DNA of 64,000 nt from NCBI RefSeq assembly GCF_009914755.1, contig NC_060946.1; one strand, written 5' to 3'. Of this stretch, positions 1 through 19,006 are shown piece by piece. Position 1 is the stretch's first letter, and the number at the start of each line of letters is the position of its first letter. The notes below the pieces were generated by a model that was not told where the DNA came from, did not search any database, and saw only the letters and a program-made list of their open reading frames with translations. The position numbers and the translations under genes are program-made. Source of the stretch: the human T2T-CHM13v2.0 reference genome, Homo sapiens.

Positions 1-230
1 CATGGCTCCCTGCAGCCTCAACCTCGTGGGTTCAAGTGATCCTTCCACCTCAGTCTCCCAATTAGCTAGGACTACAAGTATGCAATTAGCTAAGACTACA
101 ATTATGCACCACCATACCTGGCCTTTTCTTTTCTGTAGGGACAGGGTCTCACTGTGTTGTTCAGGATAGTCTCTAACTCCTGGGCTCAAGCCATCTTTCT
201 ACCTTGGCATGAGCCTCCATACCTGGCCTG
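1..230 (-). mobile_element. Old Alu (AluJ-like), partial
   Basis: Diverged antisense Alu motifs (ctgcagcctcaacctc, ctcctgggctcaagcc). Confidence 0.8.
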
Positions 231-473
231 TTTTCTCTTTTTAGCATTTTTATACTTTGGTTTTTACTAGTTGCCCTGGAGTTTGCAGTATAGACTTGCA
301 ACAAATCCAAGTCCACCTTCAAATAACACTATACCAGTTCAGTTACTTCAACTGCCTTCTAATGGAAATGTAATACCATCTTCTCTCATATTCCCATCTC
401 TTGTGTTATTGCTGCCATTTGTTTCACTTATATGTAAGCATACATAGCCTTGTATATATTAAAGTATGTAATT

Positions 474-786
<313 letters not shown>

Positions 787-838
787 TTATTATATACAAA
801 CTATTATATGTTAGGTCAATTAAGAATAAAAAGTAAGC

Positions 839-1170
839 GGCCAGGTACAGTGACTCATGCCTGTAGTTCCAGCACTTTGGAAGGCAGAGGCGGGCAGATC
901 ACGAGGTCAGGAGATTGAGACCATCCTGGCTAACATGGTGAAACCCCGTCTCTGGCAAAGGTGGTGAAACACTGTCTCTACTAAAAATACAAAACAATTA
1001 GCCAGGCGTGGTGGAGGGTGCCTGTAATCCTAGCTACTTGGGAGGCTGAGGAAGAGAATTGCTTGAACCTGGGAGACAGAGGTTGCAGTGAGCTGAGGTT
1101 GTGCCACTGCACTCCAGCCTGGGCAACAGAGTGAGACTCTGTCTCAAAATAAATAAATAAAAATAAATAA
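839..1170 (+). mobile_element. AluS with a short internal duplication
   Basis: Alu dimer; the tggtgaaac…gtctct segment occurs twice (~935-980). Confidence 0.93.
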
Positions 1171-1291
1171 GATGTAGATCTTTTTTTTCTCTAGATAATG
1201 TTTAACATTTCAACTTTTTTTGTACAAGAAATGTTTTGTTTCTCATTTACTTTTTAAAGAAGATCTCACAGGGCACTGAAATCTAAGTTGA

Positions 1292-1689
<398 letters not shown>

Positions 1690-3420
1690 TGAATGTGATT
1701 CTTATCTTTGTTTCTCTGTAGGTAAGATGTTGTCCACTCCACCTCTGGTTTCTTTTGGAGTTGATGTTTTATACAGTTGGAGAATAATATGTCTAGGTGT
1801 AGGTTTTTGGCATGCATCCTTCCTGGTGTGCTCTGAGCTTCCTGGATCTTTGGTTTGGTGTCTGACATTAACAGTGGAAGTTGTCAGACATGATTGTTGC
1901 AGATGTTTCTTCTGTTTCTCTCTCTTCTCCTTCTGGTATTCTCATCATTCTATGTTACACATTTTCTAGCTGTCCCACAGTTCTTGGATATTATGTTCCA
2001 TTGTTTTCAGTTTTTAAAGTTTCTTTCAATGTTTCCGGAGCTCAGAGAGTCTTTCTTTTGTTGTGTTCCTTCTACTAATAAGCCAATCAAAGACATTCTT
2101 CAGGTCTGTTGCAGTATTTTTTTATCTCTACTGTTTCTTTTTTGTTCTTTTCTTGGACTTCTGTCTCTCTGCTTACATTGCCTATCTGTTCTTGAATGCT
2201 GTCTCCTTTGTTCATCAGAGCCCTTAGCATACTACTCAGAGATTTTTTTAAAATCCCCGTCTGACAATACCAAAATCATAGCTGTGTCTAGTTCTGATGA
2301 TCTGTCACTTCAAATTGTGTTTTTTGCCTTTTAGTATGCCTTGTGCTTTTTCTTTATTCCTAGATATGAGACACCAGGTAAAGGGAACTACTGTAACAGT
2401 GCATCCAGTAATGATGGGAAGCTGTGCAGGGGAGGGGAAGCTGTCTTAGTCCATCAACCAGCATAACTAAAAGCAAGTAATTTGTAAACAACGAAATTTA
2501 TTGCTCAGTTTGGAGGCTAGAAAGTCCAAAGACAAGGTTCCAGGAGATTCAGTGTTTGATGAGACCCATTCCTCATAGATGGTGCCAGCTATATGTCCTC
2601 TCATGTTGGAATGGACAAAGAAGTTTCCTTTGGCCTCTTTCATAAGTGCATTAATGCTAATCAGGATGGCTTTGCCATTACATTTCAAAGGCCCCACCCC
2701 TTAATTCTAGTGCATTGGAGACTCGGTTTCAACAGGCACATTCTGCAGTGGGTAGGGCAGGGAACAAATATTCAGACTGTAAGAGAAGTGTTCTGGAGTC
2801 TTACGATCGGGCCTAATTGTTTAAGTGAGTCTCTGCTTTTGAACTATGAACTTCAGATGTGTTTCTCTGTTTTTATCTTCCCCTTTAGGGATGACTGGAG
2901 TAGGCTGGAGTTGGGTATTTTCCTTCCAGCAGGTCATTTAGGATCTGATTATATGAGAGCAGGTTAGGCTGAGGGTCAGTAATTTCTCCTGAGGACAAGC
3001 CTTGTTGAGAACAGGGTGCTCTGGCATATTTTAATATGGTTTTCCTTTTTCCTTCCCAAAGGTGGAAGCAGGAAGCGAGTTTTCTCAGATATTTGCCACA
3101 GGAGGCTGGTGAAGCTCCAGAGGTAAATTTTAAAATATTATGCTCCCTCATAACTGGATCTCCCTGGCGTTTTTACCTCCTTGAGTTGTCCATATGGAAC
3201 CTTCAGCAATTCACCAGCTATAGCTGAAGATTTTCTACTCCAGCACTGGTTCCTAAGTTGATTTCAGTAGTGAGTCTCTGTTCCTGTAGGCCATAAATTC
3301 CTATATTCACTTCTCTATCTCTCCAATCTTGGGGGCAGTGGTTTGCCCTATGTCCTCTCTTCACATTAAATCCAAAAAGAATTGTTGATTTTTCAGTCTC
3401 TTCAGCTTTTGTTTCATTAA

Positions 3421-3547
<127 letters not shown>

Positions 3548-3574
3548 CATTTTCAGCTTTTCATGTGTTGTTAA

Positions 3575-4220
<646 letters not shown>

Positions 4221-4717
4221 ACTTCTAAGCTTCTTACATGCAGAAATCAGAACCTGGAATCTGTTTCTAAGACTTATCTTCTTAATACCTATGTGGACAA
4301 TTAAAGGATTTTTCTCCTCAGGACTCTGAATATGATGAATTGTATCAGTAGACTTTCTAATATTGAGCTTTTCTTAATTTGGGAAATGAACTCAGACAGT
4401 TCCTTCTTGGTCTTAACAGACTATTTCTCTTTGTAAATATTAGTGATTCTGTGGATTCTGTACTTGTTCCTTTTTATCCTTTCATTCTCTTAGGTTCATT
4501 TGGTCTGATGGATTCAGGTACCATTGAAATTCTGATAGTTTCAAAATTTTTATCTCTAGCTTTGATCTCTCTCGTGAACTCTGGAACTGTATTCCCAATT
4601 GCCAGTTGGACATCCCTACTTATGAGACCTCAGATATTTCAAACATGATGTGTCCAAGTCTGTATCACTTCTGGCCATGATATTTTTCTTTTATTTTTCC
4701 AAATTTCACTTCACCAG

Positions 4718-5205
4718 TAACAAACTAGCTGTGATCATGGCAGATAGCCTGGAAACAAAACTACCCTTTTTACCCTCTGCACAGCAAATTGACATCAAAT
4801 CCTGTTTCTACTTTTTTTTTCCTTTTAACTATTGCTTCCTTATTCTGTATTCTTACTGCTCCATCTTCTGATGCAGGAGGTCATCTGGCTTCCTATTTTC
4901 CTCTCCTCTGACTCTTAAGCCCTTTCCCATTCTCTTTCTCAGGAATGGCTGTTAAAATGCCAATATAGTCATGTAACTTTCCTGTACTTAGTGAACCTCC
5001 TTATTTACACCCTGTTTGTGAAGTGGCTGTGTTCACCCTGGGTGGACACGGAATGTTTTTGGCATGTACAAAGAGAATTTTATGCTGCCTGTGTACAGCT
5101 ATTAATTTGTAAGTACACTCAGCTTTTTGTATCTGTAGGTTTAACAGCTGCATATGTAAACAAACTTGGATGCAAAATATTTGAAATAAAATCAGACGTT
5201 TGCAT
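4718..5205 (+). other. Probable 3' terminal exon / 3'UTR of an unidentified gene or duplicated pseudogene
   Basis: Long polypyrimidine tract ending in CAG at 4717; non-repeat UTR-like sequence; clustered TGTA motifs; AATAAA at 5185-5190. Confidence 0.45.
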
Positions 5206-5507
5206 CTGTAGTGAAAATATTCAGACTTTTTATTGTCCTTATTTCCTAAACAACACAACTATTTACATCCACATTGTATTTGGTCTTCTAAGTGTGAAAG
5301 AAAAATAAAGCTTGGGACTCCAAACTCATTAAGCTAAAGGGAAAAGTCAAGCTGGGAACTCGCCCATGCAAACCTGCCTCCTCCTTTTGGTTCCTAAATA
5401 AGATGGCTACAAGATAAAAAGCTTTTTATCTTGTAGCCCCCTCCCTCATATTTTTCCCACAAGGAAATTTCTGGTGTGCTTTAAGATCTTTAAAGTGTTT
5501 CTGTTAA

Positions 5508-5835
<328 letters not shown>

Positions 5836-5980
5836 GATAGCTCATCTTTACAGTGCATAGGACAGAACTCAGAGTCACCTGTCTGCCCACCTGACACAAA
5901 TGCATATCTGATTGTTCCCCCTCCCTGTTTGTCTATGTTATGTATAAATGCAGATTCACTGAGCCAAAGGCATGAATGAC

Positions 5981-6333
5981 TGTATCAGTCTGTTCTCATG
6001 GTGCTCTGAAGAAATACTCAAGACTGGGTCATTTATAAAGGAAAGAGGTTTAATTGACTCACAGCTCTGCATGGCTGGGGTGACCTCAGGAAACTTACAA
6101 TAATGACAGAGAGCACCTCTTCACAGGGTGGCAGGAGAGACAATGAGTGCAAGCAGGGGAAATGCCAGACACTTATAAAACCATCAGATCTCATGTGACT
6201 CATTATCATGAGAACAGCACAGAGGAAACTGCCCCCATGATCCAATTACGTCCACCTACTCCCACCCTTGACACATGGGGATTATTACAATTTATGGTGA
6301 GATTTGGGTAGGGACACAGAGCCAAACCGTATC
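5981..6333 (-). mobile_element. THE1C-like MaLR LTR
   Basis: Typical THE1 reverse-strand text (ataaaggaaagaggtttaattgactcacag … gggacacagagccaaacc). Confidence 0.85.
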
Positions 6334-6561
6334 AAGGAATGTTTTCCCCCTACCCCAGTCTTACATGAAAACTGTATTTCTCAATATTTCACTCTTTCCC
6401 CCTTTAAATTTGGAGCCCTCAAAATCATTTTTGAAGAAAGGCATAGACCTGTCTCCTGGGTGTGCATCCTTAACTTTGGCAAATAAACCTTCTAAAATGA
6501 TTGAGATTTGTCTCGGTCATTTTTCTTGATTGACCGAAATGTTCCAGAGGTGATATAAAGT

Positions 6562-7888
6562 ACAGTCATGCATGGCTTAATGACATGTGTATGTTCTGAG
6601 ACATGCATTACCAAGCAATATTTTTGTTTTGTGAACATCATAAAGAGTTCTTACATAACCCTAGATGGTATATATGTTTATGTTTTTTCATAATGGAAAC
6701 CATATGTTCTAGCACCATCATTGAATATCAGTCACTTTCCCTACTTGATCTGCAGTGCTAGTATCAAGTCCCACATATCAGGTTTTATTGAGGAACCAGC
6801 CCTCAATATTTCAATGTAGGTTCTTTCTAGTTTCCCTAAGTGTTGGCTGGTCTGAGAAATAAAGAGTGCAAAGAGAGAAATTTTACAGCTGGGCCTCTGG
6901 GGGTGCCATCACATTGGTAGAACCATGATGGAGACCTTGAGCTGCAAAATCAGCCAGTTTTTATTAGGGATTTTGAAAGAGGAGGGGGTGTATGAACAGG
7001 GAGTTGGTAACAAGGGTCACATGCTTCAAAGGGCCATAAAGATCACAAGGCAGAGGCAAAACTAGAACTACTGATGAGGGTCTGTGTCCTGTTGTGCACA
7101 CATTGTCTTGATAAACATCTTAACAGGAAACAAGGTTCAAGAGCTGAGAACCAGTCTGACTAGAATTCACCAGCCTGGAATTTCCCAATCCTAGCAAGCC
7201 TGAGGGTACTGCAGGAGACCAGGGTGTATTTCAGTCCTTATTTCAACCGCTTAAGACAGACACTCCCAGAGCGGCCGTCTATAGACCTACCCCCGGGAAT
7301 GCATTCCTTTCCCAGGGTATTAATTATTAATATTCCTTGCTGGGAAAAGAATTCAGCAATATTCTCTTACTCACACTTCCGTCTATAGGCTCTCTGCAAG
7401 AAGAAAAATATGGCTGTATTCTGCCCAACCCCGCAGGCAGTCAGACCTTGTAGTTATCTTCCCTCATTCCCTGAAAATCGCTATTATTCTGTTCTTTTTC
7501 AGGGTGCACTTATTTCATATTGTTCAAACACCCATGTTTTACAATCAGATTTGATATTGTTTGAACACACGTTTTACAATTTGTACAGTTAACACAATCA
7601 TCACAGGGTCTTGAGGCGACATACATCCTCAGCTTACGAAGATGACGGGATTAGGAGATTAAAGTAAGACAGGCATAAGAAATTATAAAAGTATTAATTA
7701 TGGGAACTAATAAATGTCCATGACATCTTCACAATTTATGTTCTTCAGCCATGGTTCCAGCCAGTCCCTCCGTTTGGGGTCCCTGACTTCCCACAAGAAG
7801 GTTTCTATATGTGTTTATAATCTTAGGGGACTATGGTAATATGCATAGTTCATTGATGATTAAAAGGTCATTATGAGGCACATGACTG
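6562..7888 (+). mobile_element. Tigger3-type DNA transposon, interrupted by MER11
   Basis: Terminal inverted repeats cagtcatgc… / …cacatgactg. Confidence 0.75.
6786..7798 (-). mobile_element. MER11 solo LTR (HERV-K11 / HML-8)
   Basis: Reverse complement begins tcttgtgggaagtcagggaccccaaacggaggg; ~1 kb; perfect 6-bp TSD aggttt (6780-6785, 7799-7804). Confidence 0.9.
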
Positions 7889-8302
7889 CATATGGAAGGA
7901 TAAGCATGGGTTATATGCAAATATACCATTTTATATAAGATGAGCATCGATGGTTTTTGGTAACTGTGGGGGTATTCTGGAGCTGATTTCCCACAGATAC
8001 TGAGGAAAAAACTGTACTTTGAAAATGAAAGGTGCATACATTTTTGTTATTTAAATTTGGTCAAATATTTAAATGCGGAATCACTGCATAATCAGTTCCT
8101 TCAAGACTGCATCTATCTCTCTCATCAAGGCCCAGGATCATTTATCTAGATACACTGCAGTATGTCATTCCATTAACATGGTGTGTCTTCTTTGTGTCCT
8201 TGGGACTGGACTTCTGCTACACCTCATAGTTGTGAGACGGTGTGGTTCACATGGAAGTGCTAAACATCTTCAGTTTTTCAGTGAAGTGCAACCTCATAAT
8301 AC

Positions 8303-8457
8303 TGTGCATCACCATGCCCAGCTAGTTTTTCTATTTTTTGTAGAGACAGGGTTTCACCATGTTGCTCAGGCCGGTCTTGAACTCATGAGCCCAAGTGATC
8401 CACCTGCCTCAACCTCCCAAAGTGCTGGAATTACAGGCATGAGCCACTGCGCCTGTC
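8303..8457 (-). mobile_element. Alu, left arm only
   Basis: Antisense Alu left-arm motifs. Confidence 0.85.
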
Positions 8458-8919
8458 CTAACTAACCATTTGAACTACAAGTGAAGCAAAGTCTCTCTCT
8501 CTGATGTTTGGTATTCTATTTATAACTCCTAAAACATCTAAGTGTGCCCTCCCTCTCAGGGCACACAGCCCAATCCTCTTTACTCCCATATGATAGGAAA
8601 GAAAGAATCACATAACAAATGCCTAGTGATCTTCGTTGTGAAGAGCACATGGTCAAAACTTTTTTAAAAATCCTATTTTGAAGTCCAGTTATGCAAAGAA
8701 TTAATAAATAGTGACACAAATTGATGAAAGAGTAGCTGTCTTACTGAGTCCAGTGTAAGAACACAAATGGGTTTCATAATGAGCCACAAAGTCATCTGAG
8801 TCCAGATCAAAATGTCAAGGTCTTGAGAAAAGGCCCAACTGGGAGCAAATTATGAAATCTGAATGAGTCTCTTAAGGACGACTTAGTTAAGGCTTGCCCT
8901 TTGGTTTTTATTATGAGAC

Positions 8920-9261
8920 TGATATGGTTTGGCTGTGTCCTCACCCAAATCTCGAATTGTTGTTCCCATAATTCCCACGTATTGTGGGAGGGACCTGGTG
9001 GGAGATAATTGAATCATGAGGACAGTGCTGTTCTTATGATAGTGAATAAGTCTCATGAGATCTGATGATTGTATGGAAGGAAGTTCCCTTGCACATGCTG
9101 TCTCTTGTCTGCTGCCATGTAAGACCTGACCTTTGCCTTCTGCCATGATTGTGAGGTCTCCCCAGCCACGTGGCACTGTGAATCCATTAAACTTATTTTT
9201 CTTTATAAATTACTCAGCCTTGGGCATGTCCATATTAGCAGCATGAGAACAGACTAATACG
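8920..9261 (+). mobile_element. THE1B-like MaLR solo LTR
   Basis: tgatatggtttggctgtgtc…agactaatac; 5-bp TSD gagac on both sides. Confidence 0.92.
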
Positions 9262-9590
9262 GAGACTTATTATGAGTTTGACAGGAAGGTGCAGAAACAG
9301 AGTTCTGGAGTCAGATTATGGGTGACAGCTACATAATCTTTTTTATTCAGGAAAATTGAAAGATTTTGTATATGAGTGGAACTTAGCTTCTGTTCAGGGT
9401 TGATGTGGGAAAAAGTGAGGTTAGATTTGTGAGCAGGTGCTGAATCATTAAAAGTCTTCAAGTCCTTGCTAAAGAGTGAGAACCTGAGTTTTAAGCTGTT
9501 GTTAAGTGCTTTTAAGTCTTTGAGGAATGCAGTTACCTGTTTAGAGATATTAGTCTGGAAGCGAACAAGATAACGGAAAATGAGAGGCAA

Positions 9591-9809
9591 GCAGGCTGAT
9601 GGGAACATGATGGAAAGTGGAAATATTTCAGGTGAGAGAGAGTGAGGGTTTCACTGAGTCGAGGAGTGCAGGCTGATGGAAACGATGGAAAATGGAAATA
9701 TTTCATGTGAGAGAGTATGAAGGTTTCACTGAGTAGAGGAATGCAGGCTGATGGAAACATGATGAAAATGGAAATATTTCAGGTGACAGAGAGAGGGTTT
9801 CACTGAGTC
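9591..9809. repeat. Tandem repeat, ~76-bp unit x ~3, in L2-like DNA
   Basis: gcaggctgatgg…ggaaatatttc…gtttcactgagt starts at 9591, 9668 and 9743. Confidence 0.9.
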
Positions 9810-10293
9810 ATAAAGTTATGGAGAGGAAACAGTGAGTAGAAGAATACTTAAGAAGTAGAATTAACAAAACTTTGTGACAGAACAGGTGTGATGAGTCTGG
9901 GAGAGAGCTATACCTGGAACAGTAGATCTCAGAGTGCTCCATGAAAATAAGACCCTTTCTATCATAATACAGATATGTTACTTGTCTTTTCTGCTTGTTT
10001 TTGTTCTCCCTCTGCTTTGGTGCAAAGGCAATAGTAAGTAAAACCATAGCACAAAACAAGACAGTGGCTCCAAACAATAGTAGCAGTTCTATTATTTACA
10101 GTCACGCAGTTGCCTAAATAAGTAAACATGCCAATTTTATTTTCATGTTACTTAAGAATATCCTGGATGAAGCAGTAAAAAATATAATTTTCATTCAATC
10201 TAGATTCCCCAAGTATGTCTTTTCAGTATTCTATTTGATAAAATGGTAAGAACTCATAGAGCACTTATTACTTAAAAATGACCTAAGTGTGAC

Positions 10294-12445
<2,152 letters not shown>

Positions 12446-12448
12446 TAA

Positions 12449-12745
12449 TTTTTTTTTGAAGTGGAATCTTGCTCTGTCTCCAGGCTGGAGTGCAGTGGCG
12501 CGAGCTTGCCTCACGCAACCTCCACCTCCTGGTTTCAAGCGATTCTCCGGCCTCAGCCTCCCGAGTAGCTGGGACTACAGGGGCCCACCACCATGCCCGG
12601 CTATTTTTTTTTTTTTTTTACATTTTTAGTGCAGATGGGGTTTCACCGTGTTGGCCAGGATGGTCTTGATCTCTTGACCTTGTGATCCACCTGCCTCGGC
12701 CTCCCCAAGTGCTGGGATTACAGATGTGAGCCACAGCACCCGGCC
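12449..12745 (-). mobile_element. AluSc-like
   Basis: Antisense Alu; flanks tattactaattt / tttactaattt. Confidence 0.92.
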
Positions 12746-13109
12746 AATATTTACTAATTTAGAAGTCCTAATTTATTTTATGATAATCCTTAATAGAAAT
12801 AATACATAGGAATAAAGTTGGGTGAGAGAGAAAGGTTTGGAAGTTGTCAATTTTTTTTCTTTTAACTTATTTAAAATTCAAGTGTCATGTCTACAAAATG
12901 GCTGCAAAACTCATAGAGACCTTATTCCTCCACATTCCTTTAGTTTCATTTTTTCCTTCTATCATAGGGTTTATCACTATTATTTTTAATCTTGTCATCC
13001 CAACTAAATTATGAAGTCCTGCAGAAAAGAAAGTTATGTGCTTTATTTTTGACTTATTTGTACTTAGCACCATGAATTGCTTAGGGATTTTTCTTTAAAA
13101 TAAAAGTTA

Positions 13110-13445
<336 letters not shown>

Positions 13446-13847
13446 TTAGGCATATTTAGACATTAATTCTATCACTTACCAGACCTTAATATTTTAAATT
13501 GTTGATCATGGAATTTGTTGATTTGAACCTGAAAAACCGTAATTATTTTCAAGTAGTTTTTCCTTCAATTAAATTATATTAACTTTATATTTATTTGAAA
13601 TAATTTTTCATGTTTTTATTAAACTTTCATCAATGTTTTGTGCTTTTATAGCCATGTGAAATATTGATTTGTTTTTGAAATATTGATTTTAAAAACAATG
13701 CAATTAGTTGATATTTATTATTGAAAAGTACTAGAATTTCACAATCTTAATAAATATTGATAATTGTTGTCTTTTAGAAAAATAATACTGGTGTAGGAAT
13801 GAAGAGAGAAGAAGGAGTAAGAAAGGCGATTGCTTTTTATTTTGAAT

Positions 13848-13992
13848 ATTTTCTTTTCTTTTTTTTCTTTTTAGTAAAAATGGTGTCTTGCTATGTTGAC
13901 TAGGCTGGCCTCGAACTCCTAACCTCAAGCGATCTTCCTGCCTCGGCTTCTCAAAGCACTGGGTTTACAGATATGAGCCACTGCGCCCAACC
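13848..13992 (-). mobile_element. Alu monomer / FLAM
   Basis: Antisense left monomer. Confidence 0.8.
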
Positions 13993-14039
13993 TGATAATT
14001 ATTTTTATGTCATATTGACAGGTTTTAGACTAATGAAAC

Positions 14040-15069
<1,030 letters not shown>

Positions 15070-15376
15070 TAGGGCACACACTGAGGCGGATGGCATCTCA
15101 CTGTTCATCAAGAACAAAAAGCCTTAAATTATGCCAGAAACCACTATAGCAATGTCTGTGTCAAGAGGCTGTCTGCATATCTAAATGTACATTTCACAGT
15201 ACAGCAAACACTTTTTTTGAACTACATTATCTGTCAGATTGCCTAAGGCACTGAAATATAAAACTCCTAGTGCTTGCTGTATTTTCCTAGCTTATACATT
15301 AGTTTCTTTTGTTGATTTTTGCTATGAGAGTACCAAAAAGATAGAAACCACAGTATCTGTTTTTATATATATATAT

Positions 15377-15658
15377 ATTTTTTTTGAGACAGGGTGACAC
15401 TCTATCACCCAGGCTGGTGCAATCACAACTCACCGCAGCCTCAACTTCCTGTGCTCAATTGATCCTCCCACCTTAACCTCCCTAGTACCTGAGACCACAG
15501 GCATGTAACACCACACCTGGTGTATTTTAGTATTTTCTTGTACACAGAGGGTTTTTCCATGTTTCCCAGGGTGGTCTCAAACTCCTGGGCTCAAAGGATC
15601 CTCCTGCCTCAGCTTCCCAATGTGCAGTGATTACAGGAATGAACCACCATGCCTGGCC
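15377..15658 (-). mobile_element. AluJ-like
   Basis: Diverged antisense Alu. Confidence 0.88.
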
Positions 15659-15777
15659 TTAATATTCTTTTCTATTTGTAAATGGAAAGCTTCAGAAAAG
15701 ACCCTCAAACAGGACTACAAATGTTTTCACAATACTGTTTGGTACAGCCAGATATTAATAGTATATATAATGTAACT

Positions 15778-16111
15778 CAGGGGTCCCCACCCCTGGGCCA
15801 TGGACAGGTATGTGTCCGTGGCCTCTGAGGAACCGGGCTGCACATCAGGAGGTGAGTGGTGGCTGAGCAAGCATTATGACCTGAGCTCCATCTCCTATCA
15901 GATCAGCTGCAGCATTCGATTCTCATAGGAGTAAAAACCCCAATGTGAACTGCACATGTGAGGGATCTAGGTTGCATGCACTTATGAGAATCTAATGCCT
16001 GATGATTGGAAGTGGAAAAATTTCATCCTGAAATTATCCTCCCTGCCATCTGTGGAAAAATTATCTTCCATGAAACCCATTACTGGTGCCAAAAAAGGCT
16101 GGAGACCACTG
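15778..16111 (+). mobile_element. MER1B (hAT-Charlie MITE)
   Basis: caggggtcccc… / …ggagaccactg termini; 8-bp TSD atgtaact / atgtaaca; homologous to 51859-52181. Confidence 0.9.
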
Positions 16112-16429
16112 ATGTAACATATCTGGTATATCACATTTATTCTTACCTTTTGACATATATCCTGAAATTAGGTGTGGACAAGCTGTGGGAGTTATGTGTG
16201 AAAATAGCTTAGCAAGTTAGACTCCCAGGACAATTCCACGCTTCACTAAGCAAATGATGGCTATTCTTAACTGACAACATCATCACCACCTGTCTCTTAC
16301 TAGCCCTAACAGTATAATAGATTACACGGTAAGAGCCCAGCCGAATGTCTTCCTCCAGCCCCATATCCAATGTCTAGTATGTGCACCCTCTTACCTAAGG
16401 TTGTGTATCCCCTTCTCTGCAGCTACATC

Positions 16430-16766
16430 CCACTTGGCCTGGGTTCCATTCCCCACCCCAGGAAAGTCTTCTACTACTGACTGTACTGGAGAATACATGC
16501 CTCAGTTCCGTTGTCCCCTGGCTGTGTAACTCTGAGGTCCATGTTCGACGTGGCTCCCCAGAGTTCTTTCATGGGAGTAAGCACCGGTCATCTGCAGTGT
16601 AACTCACTTGGCAACACATCCTTATTTTGTCTTCTTCCTGTTCCCTGTCCCATTCTGTCCCTCCTTGACCAATGCTTCCAGTCTCCTTAGGATCATGTCC
16701 CAAATAAACCACGTGCACTGAAATCTTTGTCTTAAATTCTGCTCCTGGGGTAATCCACACTAAGAT
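16430..16766 (+). mobile_element. Ancient ERVL LTR (LTR16-like)
   Basis: 3' end cccaaataaaccacgtgcac…ctgggggtaatccacactaaga. Confidence 0.6.
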
Positions 16767-18638
16767 ATGGTGTATCTTCCATATTTAGGAGCAACTGGTG
16801 CCTGTTGAAAATGAATTGTTGTGTTTGTTGGAGAAAAGTTCATCTGTTATGCTGGAAGCAAACAAATCCCACAAGAATACTGTATTGACAATATTGTCCG
16901 TGTCTCTAGCTGAGCACTTAAGGAGAGCTGCACTGATGCTGGAAGTTGCCAACACCTGTGAATGGCTCTGGAGGCTTCTTGTGGACCTCCACCTTGGAGG
17001 AGGTGGCAAATTCTCAGTAGTATCCCAGGAGTCAACATGCGGGCACTCACACTGATCTCTATATCATTGTGGAGAGTCAATGTCAAGGCCCTCTGCCCTT
17101 TAAAGCTATCACATTGTATGTGCCTTAGACGCCACCTGCCAGAAGCAAGCCAGGTTTACCTTTGGACACCAACAGCATTCTTTCCATTCATTCGTCCTCC
17201 TGACTTATCAGACTCTGCTATGAATGACTTGATTGTTCTTCAACTTCCAATTTACCCTCAAAATTTCTAGATTTTCTACCCGTTCAAAATAATGGATTTT
17301 GCTTTTTTGGAAAGCAGCTCACAAAGAGATTTCTTGAATAAATAAAAATTGATCCATTTTTAGGAAGCATGTATTTGGATGTGTCTGTTGGACATACCTA
17401 TCATTTGTTGACATACCTATAACACTGTCTGGAATCACACCTCAGTTTTTTCCGTTTTCTTTCAAAGTAGGCCTTTGGGAATCACATTTACTTTTATATA
17501 GAAACATGATTTTTGCTCTCAAGAGCTTGTCTTTTGTATTTAGCAAAAAAAAAAAAAAAAACCCTTCTCCATTCTGTAGAGAAAATCCCCAAATTGTGCA
17601 AAACCTCTGGAGAAAGCACTGAGCCCAGGAAATCAGCATTCCAAGAAAAAGACTCTGCACACAGTGTCTGCATTTGTGTGCTGAACTGTTAAATGCAGAT
17701 GTAGTGAAATTCATAGCTTTTTCAAAATGTACAATATAGTGAGTGGGTGTTGCCAATACATTATAATTACCCTGGACTTGTGTGAGGTGGATCCTTTGGA
17801 TGAGAATTGGCTTTCTCAAATGAAGGGAATCCTGTCTTTGAATGAAGAAGACAAGGAGGAACATAGTATTCTTGGGAGAGGCTGCCCTGGTTTTCATGAT
17901 GTCAGTGGTCCTTTAACCCAAAAGCCCACAGATGTTCTCCCTAACTAACCACAGAAAGTATAATTATTTACCACCCCCCAAGAATCTTACTGAGTTCTTC
18001 AGAAACCAAGATTGAGAGGAATTACTCCCAGAACCAGTGTGCAGTACACACCTTTGAACCCTTTGAGCTCTTTGCTTTCTTTTGCAGCTTGTTTTTTCCC
18101 GCCTGTTTTTCCTGTCTTCTTTCAGGCTAAGCCTGCCTCGTTTTGGTAGAGGTTTTTTAATACCATTTGGAAACTGGTTTGGATAAGCTACCCTAATGAA
18201 GGACCACAAGTCTCTCCAGAGATGATAAAAGACTTTTTGTCTTTTCTGGTAAGTCCTTTCTGGAATAAAGATCAGTGTCTTTCTGGATTACTCTTGGTTT
18301 CTACAGGTTTTACATTCTGTCTGGGAGGCATATATTCTAGTGAATTTACTTTCAAATTGGCCTGCATGCCTAGTTTAATATTTTGATCTGCGTGTCTAGG
18401 TTAAAATTTTTGTGAACAATCTTATCTTGGTTTCCTTTGATTTTGACTCTTTATCCTTGTGTCTGAAATTCTCCCAAATGCAAAGTAAACATTCTAAATG
18501 GTGGGTCAGGATGGCTAACTAAAAGCTGCCAGGGCAGTTGTCACCGTCTAAAACACTGGCCTAAACCCCTGAAATTCCATGGCAGGATTTATAGGATTTT
18601 CTCTATTCTTGCAAGATTAATGAAAAACAGAATGGTTG

Positions 18639-19006
<368 letters not shown>

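Noticed and set aside
16790-17300. Possible pseudogene or mariner-like remnant (RPPDLSDSAMNDL)
   Set aside because: Only a faint resemblance to the mariner YSPDLAP motif; cannot be supported without a search.
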